From Cetorhinus maximus (lineage: Eukaryota), in contig NC_135898.1 in NCBI RefSeq assembly GCF_964194155.1, positions 37,944,001 through 38,008,000 on the forward strand: DNA of 64,000 nucleotides. The letters run 5' to 3'. Position 1 is the first letter of the stretch. Every line of letters begins with the position of its first letter. Position numbers and translations under genes: made by a program. The notes beneath the pieces are model-generated. The model searched no databases. It was not told the DNA's origin and saw nothing but the letters and a program-made list of their open reading frames with translations. Shown piece by piece: positions 36,883 through 47,245 of this stretch.

Positions 36883-38997
36883 TCTGCCACCCAAAACATT
36901 GTATTTTTCTTCGATTTGCAACACAACTTTAATAGTCTAAGCACATTTCCCCATTTTGATCTCAAACTTATCTCAGCCCATCTTTGGACAGTCAAGTCCC
37001 TCAGTCAGAACCCTTTTACCTTCTCTTATTTTTTTCCCTCACTATCTTTTCTTTAGCCTATCTGCCTTGAACAACAGCTTTCCATCTTGCCCTGGAGTTC
37101 AGTATTTTAGACGACTGTCTCTCTCTTAACCTATCCCAAACATGTTAGCTTCCTGCCTTACGAGTTTAAATCTGACCTGTTTACATTCTGTGCTCCGTTA
37201 TAGGCATCAGATTGGTTTTGTGAAAGCCATCTCATCTATACGGCCTCCCCATACAGAAATCTGAAACATTCTTTTCCACATCTGTTAACTATTGTCCAAA
37301 CTGGCTTGGTGGGAAGCACCATGCGCAATCTGAAATTGCTTCCCAACAGGTCCTGTTCCTCATTCTAACACCTAAATCCTCAAACTCTAACTGATTTACA
37401 TTTTGAACTTCCCTGGACCACTGGTTCTAAAGGTGAACCTCAATCTGAAGTTGATCACTTCCCCTTCCCATCTATTCAAACCATTACGTCTGTTACCATG
37501 ACACCTGGGGACTTGGGAACACTGGCCACGACTGCAAAAAAATCTATTCTTCTAACAGAATTTCCTATAACTACTGCTTGCCACTTAGTGACTGCATTAT
37601 TTCTTCTCACCTGGATAACTACTTGCTCCACAGTACCCAGTTGTGATTCCATCCCCACATCACTGTATTTGTTTGCATCATAGGAATTCAATATACTTTT
37701 GCCGCTGGAAAACTTCAGCCCAGAGTTTCTTGTACACTTTGCAACAATTCTACGCTCTCCACGTGGGATGGTCACCTAGATGTCTTTCCCTTGCTATTCT
37801 TCTCTAGATGGGGAAGGAGGTGGGTGGCAGTGGGAACCCTATCATGCAGCGTGTGTTCTGGGAACCTTGCGTCCCACTACATGGCGTGGAGTTTGTCTAG
37901 CCATTTCACAAACTGAAACTTCACGCTTCAGCAGGTCCACCTGAAGACATTTCTTTTATCTGTGTTTTTCCTATTGCAGAAATTCTCATTGTTTACAGGT
38001 TCCACGCAACACTCACTGCCACAGGAACCAAAATGAAATCATTTTGTACCAACAGATCAGCGTCAATGCTTTGATCATCTGCTCTCACAGCTCATGTGCC
38101 TCATTCTGATTTAATCCACCCATTCCTGTTCAGTCCAAACTCCCTCTATTCACTCAGCTCTCTTTTGGAGAGTCCTGGAATGGATCGTGAACTTAAAACC
38201 TTCAGGGTTGCTTCAAATTGAATCAGAATAATGCTGGCATCATGAAATATGCTTTGCATCTCAGCAATGCTTCATATGAAAACTTGCAGGTTGCAAAGGA
38301 AAAGGAACATTAGAGCACAGCATATTCAGATCACACAATTTCCAATAAAATGGTGCTGCACTTCTCCCATAAGCAATATTAGGTCTTTGAAGCTACCTGG
38401 AAAGTGCACTTTTATAGAATGACGAGTGCTAAAAAATGTTTGTACTTTGACAGGATTTCATCTCTCAGCTCAATTCTTTAAATTGCATTTTAATATTTCC
38501 ACAATGGCAAGACAGCCTCAGCAAGTCCTGTGATATGGTCAGATTTTTTTTAAATGAAACTATCCTTAGAAAGTAAAGTGAATTCCAATCATTGTCACAG
38601 CTCTGGCACATTGATTTTTAGGGGCTGGGAAATCCTTAAAATGGCCTGGCGCATCTCCATCACCTTCCCAAGCCCATGACAGTACTGGTGTTGTCGATAG
38701 GGTAGGAAAGGTTGCGAGTGCAAACAGGCAGCTGGCTTGTTCAACACATTCACATTTTAAACAGCGCTTTGGACAAGCTAACAGGAGGAGCAGCATGGCA
38801 GTTCAAGTCGGAATTTAAAATCTGTATCAGGCTGTTGGCAGCAGAACTGAAAGCGTTACCAATCTTACTATACATTAAGGAAGATCACTCCTTCAACATA
38901 ACGCATCCATTACACTTCAAAAGTGTAATTAAAACTGTACTTAGTAGTTCAGAACTTGAGTATTGTTAAATGAGACATGCTGTCAAAGCGTTTTGTC

Positions 38998-39252
38998 CTT
39001 TTTTCCCCATTCATTCATGGGATGTGGGTATCGCCAGCTAGGCCAGCATCTATTACCTAACCCTAATTGCCCTCGAGAAGGTAGTAGTGAGCTGCCTTCT
39101 TGTGCCGTTGCAGTCTACGTGGTGTAGGTACACCCACAGTGCTGTCAGGAAGGCAGTTCCAGGATTTTGACCTAGCGACAGTGAAGGAATGGCGATATAT
39201 TTCCAAGTCAGGGTGGTGAATGGTTTGCAGAGGAACTTCCAGGTGGTGGTGG
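38998..39252 (-). mobile_element. LINE 3' tail fragment (10095-11996 family) inserted into an older element
   Basis: Reverse complement of the family 3' end with a short poly(A). Confidence 0.8.
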
Positions 39253-39628
39253 ACTTGCAATCATCAGGACAGAATCACAAGAATACCAGATCTCAAAGCG
39301 AACAACAATTTATATTGCATGAGAAGAGGGTGCTGATTGGTTGGCATGTGGACTCTGATTGGTAGAGCTGTTGCCATGGAGAATACACCAGGGAACAGTT
39401 AACTGCCATGCATTTGTTTGGGGTTACTTCAAAAGCGAGGTTACTTCAAAAGTAATCTCATCTGACTCATTCATTCTTCCTCCCTGACCCATCTCACCAA
39501 AATCTTATTGCAAGCTCACCCATTACCAAGCCAACAGGAAATGTCGTTTATTATCATATTTACATACTGAGAATAAAATTGAAGCCAACAGAACTGTCTG
39601 TGTGTCCAGTCCAATGACTTGTAAAGTT

Positions 39629-40510
39629 ATAAAAGCAAAGAACTGTGGATGCTGGAAATCCAAAACAAAAACAAAAATACCTGGAAAAACTCAGCAGGTC
39701 TGGCAGCATTGTTGGAGAGGAGCACAGTTGACGTTTCGAGTCCTCATGACCCTTCAACAGAACTAAGTAAAAATAGAAAAGGGGTGAAATATAAGCTGGT
39801 TTAAGGGGGGGTTGGGACAAGAAGAGCTAGGTAGAGGGCCAGTGATAGGTGGAGATAACCAAAAGATGTCACAGACAAAAGGACAAAGAGGTGTTGAAGG
39901 TGGTGATATTATCTACAGGAATGTGCTAATCAAGGGTAGAAAGCAGGACAAGCAAGGTACAGATAGCCCTAGTGGGGGTGGGGTGGGGTGAAGGAATCTA
40001 AAAAGGCTATTGAGTTCAACAATTTTAGAACATGAACTCTCTCCTCCGTCCCCACCCCCTTTCCGATTTTCCCCCTCCTTTTTGTTTTTTTCCAATAATT
40101 TATATAGATTTTTCCTTTCCCACCTATTTCCATTATTTTAAAATGTGTTTCCATCCATTGTTTTATCTCTACCTTTTAAGATTCCTTCACCCCACCCCCA
40201 CTAGGGCTATCTGTACCTTGCTTGTCCTGCTTTCTACCCTTAATTAGCACATTCCTTTAGATAATATCACCACCTTCAACACCTTTGTCCTTTTGTCCGT
40301 GACATCTTTTGGTTATCTCCACCTATCACTGGCCCTCTACCTAGCTCTTCTTGTCCCAACCCCCCCCCCTACCCTAAACCAGCTTATATTTCACCCCTTT
40401 TCTATTTTTACTTAGTTCTGTTGAAGGGTCATGAGGACTCGAAACTTCAACTGTGCTCCTCTCCACAGATGCTGCCAGACCTGCTGAGTTTTTCCAGGTA
40501 TTTTTGTTTT
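39629..40510. mobile_element. Head-to-head inverted pair of Penelope-like pLTRs, single insertion with a perfect 14-bp TSD
   Basis: Arms 39629-40006 (-) and 40008-40510 (+); TGACTTGTAAAGTT at 39615-39628 and 40511-40524. Confidence 0.93.
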
Positions 40511-40534
40511 TGACTTGTAAAGTTTCCCCTTTCA

Positions 40535-40975
40535 TAGAATGGTTATAACACAGGAGGCGGCTATTTGGTCTGTGCTGGCCTTCTGAAGGAGTAACTAACC
40601 TAGTGTCACTCTTGCTTTCTGCCCATAACCCTGCATATTCCTCCTTTTCAGATAATCCAATTCTCTTTAGAAAGCCTTGATTGAACCCATCTCTACCACA
40701 CTCAGGCAATACATTCCAGATCTTAACCACACTGTGAGAAAAGGTTTTTTGTCATGTTACCATTGCTTCTTTTGTCAATTACCTCAAACCTGTCCTCTTG
40801 TTCTTGAGTCTTCCACCGATGGGAGAGTATTTCCGTATCTACCCTGTCTAGACCCACTGCGATTTTGAATACCTTTATCAAATCTCCTCTCAACCTTTTC
40901 TCCAAGGAAGGTCCCAACTTATCCAATCTATCTGCATAACTGAAGTTCCTCATCTCTTGTGAATCTTTTCTGCAC
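40535..40975 (-). mobile_element. CR1 LINE 3' fragment
   Basis: MRNFSYADRLDKLG.SLEKRLRGDLIKVFKI on the minus strand. Confidence 0.8.
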
Positions 40976-41334
40976 CCTGTTTTATTCTCAGGATGTAAAT
41001 ACGATAAATAATAATAAACATTTTTTGTCGGCTTGGTAACAGGCGGAGCTTGCAGCAAGATTTTGGAGAGACGGGTCAGGGAGGAAGAATAAACAGAGGG
41101 ATCAGTTTAAAATAACCCAGTGCGTGGCCGCTGTTGACTGGCCTGGGGCTGGCTTTATACTTTAGCCCAAGGCCCTTTGTGAGATCGGCCGGACGCGGAC
41201 CCCCTACGTGGCAATAAAACGGAAAGGCCGGCCCCACACTGGGCCTGAGCTCGGCGGCTAACAGGGAGAGGGAGGCCTCACAATACCCGGCCCAACCTCC
41301 TCTCGCCCGGGGCTGGGGGACAGTGAGAGTAGCC

Positions 41335-41358
41335 GGGGCCGGGGCCGGGGCCGGGGCC
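41335..41358 (+). repeat. (GGGGCC)4 hexamer repeat near the 5' end of UBE2D1 intron 1
   Basis: Directly visible. Confidence 0.9.
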
Positions 41359-41399
41359 GCAGCCTGACACACTGCAGCTGGGAGCAGGGGATCCCTTAC

Positions 41400-41423
41400 C
41401 TTCTCTATCCGCCTCTTGGCCAT
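41400..41423 (-). CDS. UBE2D1: UBE2D1-type ubiquitin-conjugating enzyme, exon 1 (MAKRRIEK)
   Basis: 24-nt first coding exon with AAG|GTAAGG donor inside a CpG island; same size as the UBE2D-family first coding exon. Confidence 0.9.
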
Positions 41424-41810
41424 GATATGAAGGGATGAAAGCGCCGCCCTCCTCTAAGCCGGCCGCCGCCGCCACCACTTCCCCTCTCCCACTTCCGGTT
41501 CCAGCCGGACGCCAGAACTGCCTCTCCACGCATGTGCACCATGCACGCTGGGAGCTGTAGTCCCGCAGATAGCTATTTTCTTGCAGCCGGATCCCTGCGC
41601 ATGCGCCATATTCCAATTGCACGCTGGGAGTTGTAGTTCTTCAGGCGGCCGTTTTCATGAGAAAACGGTCTCTACGCATGCGCTGTGTCGTCGTCGTCTC
41701 CCCCCCCCCCCCCCCCACCACTGCCCGCTGGGGGTTGTAGTTCCTCATGTGGCCTTTCCCATGAGGCTGCGTCTCGCAAGGACTACAACTCCATTTCCCG
41801 ATCAGGCTTA
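41424..41810 (-). promoter_or_regulatory. UBE2D1 CpG-island promoter with four ZNF143/THAP11-type motifs, NRF1 and ETS/GABP sites
   Basis: GCTGGG(A/G)G(C/T)TGTAGT at ~41547, ~41623 and ~41727; opposite-strand GGACTACAACTCC at 41780; TGCGCATGCGC at 41596; ACTTCCGGT at 41491. Confidence 0.8.
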
Positions 41811-42016
41811 CAGGAACCCTATGGCATTGTACAAAGTGTTTCCAAGGGCAGGCCATTCAGTCCATTGGGGCTATGTTGGTGCTTTTGCTCCACACCAGCC
41901 TCCTCCCACCATACTCCATTTAACCCAACAATATAACCTTCTAGTCCTTTTGTCCTCAGTTTTTTTAGCTGTGACCCAATGGGCCACTTTCACCTCCAAG
42001 CCAGAAGTTTGAGTTC

Positions 42017-42300
42017 AAGTCACAAGTTCAAGATGGGGGGCAGGAGGTTTAGGGGGGATGTGAGGAAAAATTTTTTTACCCAGAGGGTGGTGATGCTCTG
42101 GAATGTGCTGCCTGGAAAGGTGGTGGAGGCAGGTTGCCTCACATCCTTTAAAAAGTACCTGGATGAGCACTTGGCACATCATAACATTCAAGCCAAGGGC
42201 CAAGTGCTGGTAAATGGGATTAGGTAGGTCAGGTGTTTCTCACATGTTGGTGCAGACTCGATGGGCCGAAGGGCCTCTTCTGTACTGTATGATTCTGTGA
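42017..42300 (+). mobile_element. CR1 LINE 3' end
   Basis: [28 protein letters not shown] motif and CR1-type 3' UTR. Confidence 0.8.
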
Positions 42301-42408
42301 AGTCTGACTCCAGGGCCTGCAGCTTAGAAATCTAGGCTGATACCCCAGTGCAGAGCTGTGGAATGCTGCATCTTTGGAGGAGCTGCCTTTCAAGTGAGAT
42401 GTTAAACC

Positions 42409-42512
42409 TCCAAAGAAGAGTCATCCAGGCTCAAAATGTTAACTCTGTTTCTCTCTCCACAGATGCTGCCAGACCTGCTGAGTTTTTCCTGCATTTTCTG
42501 TTTTTATTATTT
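42409..42512 (+). mobile_element. 104-bp pLTR fragment inserted into a Deu-SINE, with 10-bp TSD
   Basis: ATGTTAAACC (42399) and ATGTTAGACC (42513) flank it; the insert begins at a decayed hammerhead core. Confidence 0.7.
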
Positions 42513-43814
42513 ATGTTAGACCCAGGCCCTGTTCTGCTCTTTAAGGTAGATGTAAAAAATCGCATGACACTAAGACAGGACAGTACTCACTGGTAATCAA
42601 TAATTAAATGCCAATCAACATCACTAAAACAGGTTATCTATTTGTATCACATTGTTATTTGTGGGAGCTTGCTGTACACAGATTGGCTGCTGGGAGTCCT
42701 ATGCCACTACAGTGACTATACTTCAAAGTACTTTATTGCCTGTAAAGTGCTTTGACATGACCTTGGACCATGAAAGTCTAGTTTCCTTTTAAATGCATCT
42801 ATGCCATTCACAGCAACCGCTCCCTGGTTGTTTCCCTGTATCTACCCTTTCACGTTGCTTTAATCATTTTATAAACACTTCAATCAGATCACCCCTCAGA
42901 TCGCCCTCAATCTCCTATACTCAAGAGAATAGTCTTGTCTATGCAACCTGTCCTCATAATTTATCCCTTCACACCCCAGTATCATTCTGGTCAACTTGTA
43001 TTGCACCCCCACAACATATCCTTCCTGAGGTCATGTCCAGAGCTGGACACAGAACTTCAGGTGGAGTTTGACCATGGTTTTTGACAACTGAACCCTTCCA
43101 ACTTTTTGCATTTCAGACCCTTTGAAATAAAGTCCAACATCCTCTTAGTTTTTTTAATTATTTCTTTCACCTATCCACCAACTTTTAATCTGTGTACTTG
43201 GACATCCAATTTTTTTGTCCCTCGCCTCTTAGCCATGTTGGTGAAAAAAAGACCATCTCTGATGTACACTGACTAAGGTTTGGTTAATAAGACACAGTGA
43301 ACAGAACCTAACCTGACCTATCCAGGGGTTTTGTATTGAACTCTCCTCAAAATTTAACGACCTGTTCAATCATTAGAACAACCAAGCACCTCACACCCCC
43401 CCCACATCCCACCCCCATCCACCACCCCATCTCCCCACCCACCCCCTACCCCCGACCCCACCCCATATTCCCCAACCCCCACTCCCAAATCCGATTCCAT
43501 ATCTTTGCCATCCCCAGACTCGACTATTCTAATACACTCTGGCCAGCCTCCCGCCTTCAACCCTATGTAAACTTCAGTTCATCCAAAACTTTGCTGCCCG
43601 TATCGTGACCTTCACTAGGTCATGCTTTGTCATCACCTCTACCCTTGCCTACATTGATAATGAACCATAGAATGTTATAGCACTCAAATAGGTCACTCAG
43701 CTCTTGTGTGTGATATTTTTTACCCCATGAGTTACTCAGTCTATCTCATTCCTTCCTACTCCCCATACCATTTGATAGTCTTTTTAAAGCAACTATTAAA
43801 ATAAATTCACGAAA

Positions 43815-44280
43815 ATGGTTCCAAGGATGAGGAACTTCAGTTTAGAAAATTTGTTCGGAGAAGTTAGGATTGTTTTCCTTAGAGAAAAAAAGGTTGAGAG
43901 GAGATTCGATAGAAGTATTCAAAATCATGAGGTGTCTGGCCAGAGTAGATAAGGAGAAACTGCTCCCACTCATGAGAGGATCGAGAACGAAAGGGCACAG
44001 ATTTCAAGTAATTGCCAAAAGAAGCAAAAGTGATATGAGAAAAAGCTTTTTTGCACAGTGAGTTGTTAGGGTTTGGAATGCACTGCCTGAGCATGTGGTG
44101 GAGGCAGGTTCAATTGAAGCATTCAAAAGGGAATTAGACTGTTATCTGAAAAGGATGAATGTGCAGGATTACGGGGAAAAGGTAGGGAATGGCTATGGAG
44201 TTGCTCATTCAGAGAGTCGGTGCAGACATGATGGGCCAAATGACCTCCTTCTGCACTGTAACAATTCTGTGATTCTATTC
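43815..44280 (+). mobile_element. CR1 LINE 3' end
   Basis: LFSLEKKRLRGDSIEVFKIM; ends in TTCTGTGATTCTATT. Confidence 0.85.
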
Positions 44281-44479
44281 AGTTCCCCTCTAAAGAATTT
44301 GTAGACTCTGCTTCAACAATGGTCTGCGACAGAAAATTCTCACAACCACCCATCGTAAAATAAAATTCCAATATCCCTTTTAATTCTTTCATAATTATTT
44401 TAAATGTGTGCCCCCTCCTTACTATCTCACCAATGAGGAGAAACAATCTGTGGCTATTTTTTAAACCATCATGTCAGAA

Positions 44480-45172
44480 GGGCCTTGGAGTACATGTCCA
44501 TAGATCCCTGAAGGCAGCAGCACATGTAGATAAGGCGGTTAAGAAGGCATATGTGATACTTGTCTTTATTAGCCGAAGCATAGAATATAAGAGCAGGGAG
44601 TTTATGTTGGAGCTGTATAAAATGCTGGTTAGGCCATAGCTGGAGTACTGTGTGCAGTTCTGGTCGCCACACTATAGGAAGGATGTGATTGCACTGGAGA
44701 GGGTGCAGAGGAGATTCACCAGGATGTTGCTTAGGCTGGAGCATTTCAGCTATGAAGAGAGACTGGATAGGCTAGGGTTGTTTTCCTTAGAACAGAGAAG
44801 GCTGAGGGGGAACCTGATAGAGGTATACAAAATTATGAGGGACATAGATAAGGTAGATAGGAAGAAACTTTTCCCCTTAGCGGAGGTGTCAATAACCAGG
44901 GGGCATAAATTTAAGGTAAGGGGCAGGAGGTTTAGAGTGGATTTGAGGAAAAACTTTTTCACCCAGAGGGTGGTTGGAATCTGGAACACACTGCCTGAAA
45001 GGGTGGTAGAGGCAGGAACCCGCACAACATTTAAGAAGTTTTTAGATGAGCACTTGAAACAGCATAGCATACGGGCCAAGTGCTGGAAAATGGGAATAGA
45101 ATAGACAGGTGCTTGATGGCCAGCACGGACATGATGGGCTGAAGGGCTTGTTTCTGTGCTGTATCATATTCT
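44480..45172 (+). mobile_element. CR1 LINE 3' end (150-aa ORF2 remnant)
   Basis: ORF 44652..45104: QFWSPHYRKDVIALERVQRRFTRML...LGLFSLEQRRLRG. Confidence 0.9.
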
Positions 45173-45477
45173 AATGGGGGGTCTTGTACACCTCTATTGC
45201 AACAGTGACTAGACTTCAAAATGCTTCATTGGTTGTAAAGAATTTTGGGATATCCCAAGGTTATGACAGATGTTGTTTAAATGCAAATCATCCATTGCAA
45301 GGTCAGTATTACATATTTTCCAGATTTGTTTCCTTAATTGTAGCAAATTTGTACTTGTTTTTACCTCTCCCTGGCAATATAGCTCCAGTCTGTCAATATT
45401 AGTAAACGCAATGGATTCCCTCATGCTTGAAGCATTGCATAGATGCTCAAAATAACATTAATGTGATCATTTGTCGA

Positions 45478-46309
45478 TACACAGCAAGACCTGGACAACA
45501 TTCAGGTTTGGGCTGATAAGTGGCAAGCAACATTCATGCCACACAAATGCCAAGCAAAGACCAACCACAACAAGAGAGAATCTAACCATTTCCCCATGAT
45601 ATTCAATGGCATTGCCATCGCTGAATTCCCCCACTATCAAAATCCTGGGGGTTACCATTGACCAGAAACTGAACTGAACCAACCATATAACTACTGTGGC
45701 TACAAGAGCAGGTCAGAGGCTGGGAATTCTACAGTGAAAAACTCACCTCCTTACTCCCCAAGCCTGTCCACCAAATACAAGACATAAATTAGGAGTTTAA
45801 TAGAATAATCTGCACTTGCCTAGATGAGTGCAGCTCCAAAAGCACTCAAGAAGCTGGTCACCATCCAGGACAAAGAAGCCTGCTTGATTGACTCCTCATC
45901 TACCACCTTCAGCATTCTCTCCCTTCACCCCTGATGCACAGTGGCAGCAGTGTGTACCATCTACAAGATGCACTGCAGCAAATCACCAAGACTCCTTCGA
46001 CAGCACCTTCCAAACCCACGACCTCTACCACCTAGAAGGACAAGGGCAGCAGATAGATGGGAACACCACCACCTGAAAGTTTCCCTCTAAACCACTCACC
46101 ATCCTGACTTGGAAATATATCACCGTTCCTTCACTGTCGCTGGGTCAAAATCCTGGAACTCCCTCCCTAACAGCACTGTGGGCATACCTACACCACATGG
46201 ACTGCAGCAGTTCAAGAAGACAGCTCATCACCACCTTGTTAAGGGCAATTAGAGATGGGCAATAAATGCTGGCCCAGCCAGCGAAGCCCACATCCCATGA
46301 ATGAATAAA
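45478..46309 (+). mobile_element. LINE 3' fragment (10095-11996 family)
   Basis: Collinear with 11165-11990, including the 3' tail. Confidence 0.88.
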
Positions 46310-46539
46310 GTTCATCAACCTGAAACATTAAGTCTGGTTCTCTTGCTGCAAGCCTTGCTGGGTATTGCAGCATTTTCTGTTTTTATTTATAATTTTATTA
46401 TGGTTTGAATTTTAATTTTGATTACATAATTGTTTAACTATTTGTGTTTTGTGGCATTTGAGACTGGGGCAACTCAGTGTCACCCAAGATCATGTTTCAA
46501 TCAGTCCTATCTCACCCGCTCCACGACCAAAGTCCATCA

Positions 46540-46785
46540 CGACTGGGGGAGGGAATGGGCCGCGCGTGACGTCATGGGCCGGCTGGGAGTCTGCGCATTG
46601 CCGGCTGGCTCTTCGGCGTGACGTCATGGGCCGGCTGGGAGTCTGCGCAATGCTGACTGGCTGGCTTTGCCCGGGGCACTGTGTCACGTGAGACTGGCCG
46701 TCTGGCCGGCAAGCAGGCGCGGTTTGTCACATTGTGACTGAGGCCGGGAGAGGAGCAAAGGGGGAATCCGCAACCAGCCAGAGGG
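46540..46785 (+). promoter_or_regulatory. CISD1 CpG-island promoter with two full CRE palindromes and a CLEAR/E-box
   Basis: TGACGTCA at 46567 and 46619; GTCACGTGA at 46683; CpG-rich, directly upstream of the ATG at 46786. Confidence 0.78.
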
Positions 46786-46810
46786 ATGGGGAGCAGTTCC
46801 ACTGTGAAAG
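46786..46810 (+). CDS. CISD1: CISD1 (mitoNEET) exon 1 (MGSSSTVK)
   Basis: ATG in a CpG island, 25 nt, AAG|GTAATG phase-1 donor in frame with exon 2; Ser-rich N-terminus like other CISD1 proteins. Confidence 0.85.
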
Positions 46811-47042
46811 GTAATGGGACACACACTGCACCCCCTGCTTGGTGTTTGCAGGGCCTGCTCTCTCTGCTCCAGGTGAAGCTCCTGCTTCATGCTCCGGGAA
46901 GGGGGGGAGTGGGCTGGCAGCTCTGCTGCGGCAGTGGTCAGTTACTGTGGCGCAGTGTGCAATCTGTTAGTCCTTCTCCAGCCGCTGCAATAAGGTCAAG
47001 AGGGGAAGGTCAATGCCACCTGGCCAGCAAACAGAATCTGCA

Positions 47043-47245
47043 CTAAGGTGGGGGGGGCCCCACCTTAGACCAGCTTATATTTCACCCCTCTCCTAATTAT
47101 ACTCAGTTCTGCCGAAGGGTCATGAGGACTCGAAACGTTAACTGATTTCTTCTCCACCGATGCTGCCAGACCTGCTGAGTTTTTCCAGGTAATTCTGTTT
47201 TTGTTTTGGATTTCCAGCATCCGCAGTAGCTTTTAGCTTTTTGTT
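47043..47245 (+). mobile_element. pLTR insertion with an 11-bp 5' fold-back and 10-bp TSD in CISD1 intron 1
   Basis: AGAATCTGCA at 47033 and 47246; CTAAGGTGGGG/CCCCACCTTAG hairpin at 47043-47068; hammerhead-like motif at 47103-47145. Confidence 0.88.

Noticed and set aside
39422-39452. GGTTACTTCAAAAG direct repeat
   Set aside because: A single small tandem duplication at a repeat boundary with no further structure.
41076-41399. 115-aa ORF MAKRRIEKVRDPLL...APAPAPAP
   Set aside because: Read-through of UBE2D1 exon 1 into the GC-rich intron; only the first 8 codons are coding.
43395-43487. Pro/His-rich ORF from a CCCCA-rich tract
   Set aside because: Low-complexity sequence next to an L2 fragment, with no coding evidence.
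46811-47046. 86-aa ORF extending CISD1 exon 1
   Set aside because: Read-through past the AAG|GTAATG donor.
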